Positions 61,051 through 64,000 of a stretch of 64,000 nt of DNA are shown here, piece after piece. Position 1 is the stretch's first letter. Every line of letters starts with the position of its first letter. The position numbers and the translations under genes were made by a program. The notes beneath the pieces are model-generated. The model did not search any database, was not told the origin of the DNA, and saw only the letters and a list, made by a program, of their open reading frames with translations. Source of the DNA: Wickerhamiella versatilis (taxonomy: Eukaryota); the NCBI GenBank assembly GCA_030867685.1, contig JAQOWU010000007.1:1798001-1862000 (forward strand). The letters are read 5' to 3'.

Positions 61051-62517
61051 ATGTCTCATGAAAGACGGTTAAGGTTGCTGCCGATAGATGTGTCAATGTC
61101 ACCAAAGGATGATGGATCTACGATGAGTCGTAGTCCGGATAGGAAAGGGCCGTCAATATTGATGAATGAAAGTGAAATTTCTTCAGAGCCATTACCTGGG
61201 CGCGATTTTATTCTTCGGCGGAGTCAAAAGAACCGGGAGCGCAGAAATGCAGAGGCCCAGAAGGAGTGCCAGACAGGCTTGGAGGAGCTTCAGCACGACT
61301 TTGCCGACAAGATCAGTGGCGGGAATGTGCCGTTGGCTGATTGGGATTTTTGGGCTCGAGTAGTGGAAGATTACCCTACTGTTGCCAGGAGACAAGCATC
61401 AAGGCTCCGGCGTGAAATCCAGCGTGGGTTTCCTAAGGAGCTTAGAGGCCTCTTGTGGCAAGTCATAGCTTCCTCTAAGAGCCCGGCGCTAGAAGTCATG
61501 TATGCTTCGCTGGTCAAAGAACAAAGCCCATTGGACTCTGCAATATCCAAAGACGTTTGTAGGACACCGCTTACCGAAGAGCATGAGTCTCTGGCTAATG
61601 TTCTTCGTGCATACTCCCTGTTTGATCCCCAGGTGGGTTATACACAGGGAATGGCCTTTGTTGCCGCCCCCCTTCTTCTTAATTTGAAAGAATCTGAAGC
61701 ATTTTGCCTCTTTGTCCAGATCATGAAAGTTTATGAATTCCGCTCTTTTGTGCTTCCCGGAATGCCTGGGCTTCACTTGCGCTTATACCAATTTGACCGA
61801 CTCTGTGAGGACCGGTTCGAAAAATTGCATGTTCATTTAAAACGTGAGGGGGTGCTTCCAAGCATGTATGCCTCTCAGTGGTTTCTCACATTGTATGCCT
61901 ATCGATTTCCTTTGAGTTTAGTGGAACGTATCCTTGATATCGTTATAGCCGAGGGGTTGGAGGCAGTACTAAAATTTGCGCTGGCACTTATTGAATCTGT
62001 GGCCCCACAGGTGATGAAGTTGCGGTTTGATGATCTTCTACCGTTTTTGAAGGAACGTATTTTTGATGAGTTCGCAGAGAATCCAAATGAGCTGGTTGCC
62101 AGAGCGAGCCAAGTGGAGCTGACACCTGCTATACTTGCTAAATACGAGCTCGAGCATAACGAAATCACAAGAATCGAGCGTGAGCGAAATGAGCAACTGG
62201 ATACACTTCGTGCATCAAATGCCATTCTGGTTTCACAGCTGCGCCTTACGGAAACCAGTTTGGAATCTCTCAACATGGAACACATTGAAATTGCCAACAA
62301 AATGGTAGAGACGGGACTTGAGAATGCCAGACTTCGAGAACAGAACGAGCAGCTGCATCACGAGTTGCTGCTTTATCGCGAAGCTGCTGGATCATTGAAA
62401 ACTACAGCTGAGATTCTGCGCGAAAAAAATCAGCTTGAAGAGATTCGCAGTCGCCTGGAATCTCAGATTGCAAGCCTCCAAGACGCCTTGGGTGGCACCA
62501 TAGGGTCACCTAGCTGA
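61051..62517 (+). CDS. GYP5: TBC-domain Rab GAP with C-terminal coiled coil (Gyp5/Evi5-like)
   Basis: DWDFWARVVEDY, ISKDVCRT, GYTQGM, MYASQWFLTLYAYRFP. Confidence 0.85.
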   Translation: MSHERRLRLLPIDVSMSPKDDGSTMSRSPDRKGPSILMNESEISSEPLPGRDFILRRSQKNRERRNAEAQKECQTGLEELQHDFADKISGGNVPLADWDFWARVVEDYPTVARRQASRLRREIQRGFPKELRGLLWQVIASSKSPALEVMYASLVKEQSPLDSAISKDVCRTPLTEEHESLANVLRAYSLFDPQVGYTQGMAFVAAPLLLNLKESEAFCLFVQIMKVYEFRSFVLPGMPGLHLRLYQFDRLCEDRFEKLHVHLKREGVLPSMYASQWFLTLYAYRFPLSLVERILDIVIAEGLEAVLKFALALIESVAPQVMKLRFDDLLPFLKERIFDEFAENPNELVARASQVELTPAILAKYELEHNEITRIERERNEQLDTLRASNAILVSQLRLTETSLESLNMEHIEIANKMVETGLENARLREQNEQLHHELLLYREAAGSLKTTAEILREKNQLEEIRSRLESQIASLQDALGGTIGSPS

Positions 62518-62704
62518 TGCAGGCATCAGTTTTGCATAGCAATTCCGCAGATTCTGCAGCAAAGGGTTTTTTAAATACACAAATACCTTTTAAAATATCT
62601 TACGGGTAATTTTATCCGGGGAGCTCTAGCAGCACAAGTCTAATATTTAAACAACAAAATGTCCATAATTAACCCATCATAGTAGATATTACTAATCGAT
62701 AGGA

Positions 62705-63409
62705 ATGAGGCGGTTCTTCAGCGTCAGTGCACCAGCGGCACGAGAGTTCGCACATGTTGTGCGTAGGCGTTGGAAGCAACCTCGACAGCTACAGGTAGGC
62801 GATCCTGATACTCTTCTGAAGCGCGAGGTATCAGATACTCCACCATATCCATATGGCGAGTCACATATCTACAAGCAGTCTAACCGTGGGCTCTATGGCG
62901 GCAAAATCCCACAATATGGCCACAAAATAAGTGAATGGGGAAATAAGCATGTCCGAGTCTTTCATCCCAATGTCCAGCGTGTATCCCTATGGAGTGATGC
63001 ACTCAAACGAACTTTACGTCTCAAGGTCGTCACAAGCGTCCTTCGTACTATCAATAAGGAAAAAGGTCTCGATAACTACTTGCTTAAAGATACAAGTGCC
63101 CGAATTAAGGAGCTTGGCCCCACGGGGTGGCGTCTTCGCTTCTTGGTACTTAAGAAGATGGAGCTCAACGAGCAATTAAGTCCAAAAGCAATCGGCAACT
63201 TGAGCGACGGAAGCCCATATTATGCTGTAGTAAATGGCCAAGCCGTTTTTGTGGGCAGGTCACGGCTTGTCAAAGAGTTATCACGTGCAGTGGGCAAACC
63301 TCTACGCCAAGTATATGCGGAATATCGCGCGTCGACGCCAGAAGAACTATTAAAAGCATTGGGTGAAAATGGAGTAGATACTAGTCAGTATTTACGAGCA
63401 ATGGAGTAA
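62705..63409 (+). CDS. MRPL24: Mitochondrial ribosomal protein bL28m
   Basis: PPYPYGE..YKQSNRGLYGG, PNV...LWSDAL, VLRTINKEKGLDNYL, RIKELGPTGWRLR. Confidence 0.92.
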   Translation: MRRFFSVSAPAAREFAHVVRRRWKQPRQLQVGDPDTLLKREVSDTPPYPYGESHIYKQSNRGLYGGKIPQYGHKISEWGNKHVRVFHPNVQRVSLWSDALKRTLRLKVVTSVLRTINKEKGLDNYLLKDTSARIKELGPTGWRLRFLVLKKMELNEQLSPKAIGNLSDGSPYYAVVNGQAVFVGRSRLVKELSRAVGKPLRQVYAEYRASTPEELLKALGENGVDTSQYLRAME

Positions 63410-63706
63410 TTGTATATAGAAGAAACAATAGTCGAGTAGTCGGTAATTAAGTTGAGAGATATGTAATTAGGGTGAAAGAGCATTGTGTTGCCTTTCAGAT
63501 AACTATGGAGTATTTGATTGTTCGACTACTCAGTAATTTACCACAGAGTGCCGCTAGCTGCTAATTGTCACTTCTTTATTCATATGACAAATATAGCGTT
63601 GATACTTACTCATATTTATTTCACGTTAGCTAATCATAGGGTACAGGGCGGTTGTGTGTTCATCGAGACTCACCTGCGCGCTGCCGCCGCTATTCGATCA
63701 ACGTCG

Positions 63707-64000
63707 ATGTCTGCCAACAGCGGAATTGCAGTTGGGTTGAACAAGGGCCGTAAGGTCACGCCAAAGCCTGTCCCTAAGAGGGCTTCCCACGCTAAGGGTG
63801 CACTGGCTCCCCGCACCAAGTTTGTGCGTGAGCTGATCAAAGAAGTCACTGGCCTTGCACCCTACGAGCGTCGCTTGGTTGAACTGATCCGCAATGGTCA
63901 GGAAAAGCGGGCGAAGAAGTTGGCCAAGAAGAAGCTTGGTACCCACGGACGTGCTCTTCGCAAGTTTGAGCATATGAACACCGTCATTGCAGAGGCTCGC
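63707..64000 (+). CDS. RPL36: 60S ribosomal protein eL36 (runs off the window end; absent from the ORF track)
   Basis: Manual translation MSANSGIAVGLNKGRKVT...FVRELIKEVTGLAPYERRLVELIRN..EKRAKKLAKKKLGTHGRA; no intron in the CDS. Confidence 0.96.
   Translation, partial: MSANSGIAVGLNKGRKVTPKPVPKRASHAKGALAPRTKFVRELIKEVTGLAPYERRLVELIRNGQEKRAKKLAKKKLGTHGRALRKFEHMNTVIAEAR

Noticed and set aside
63698-63973. 91-aa minus-strand ORF
   Set aside because: Antisense to RPL36.

Overview
Eukaryotic, gene-dense, nearly intron-free budding-yeast DNA. It is a non-Saccharomyces Saccharomycotina: a respiratory complex I subunit is present, and the compactness is reminiscent of the Wickerhamiella/Starmerella group (inference only). 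There are about 35 protein genes. In order: partial GEA-type Arf-GEF; DBP10 (3' end in a 100-N gap); a 4237-bp apparently identical tandem duplication carrying an STL1-like sugar/polyol transporter, plus a third diverged paralog; a 2381-aa Num1-like protein with ~75 copies of an 18-aa repeat; CWH43; NPP1-like; 2-hydroxyacyl-CoA lyase; PGA1; an arrestin; an OPT transporter; four class II aminoacyl-tRNA synthetases within 9.2 kb (SLM5, DED81, ProRS, SES1, interleaved with a RAD9-like gene, ATG31 and a small tail-anchored AIM-bearing protein); a PILS-type transporter; a Gcn4-like bZIP gene with no in-frame AUG before its basic region; two DUF3112-like paralogs; complex I PSST; APS2; NUP49; an N-terminally stripped neutral trehalase; GYP5-like; MRPL24; RPL36. 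No tRNA, rRNA, CRISPR array or transposon was recognised. Best leads: the AUG-less Gcn4-like gene next to the synthetase cluster with Gcn4-type sites, the candidate mini autophagy receptor, the Num1 repeat array and the STL1 amplification. Family calls are by motif recognition from memory; no searches were run.
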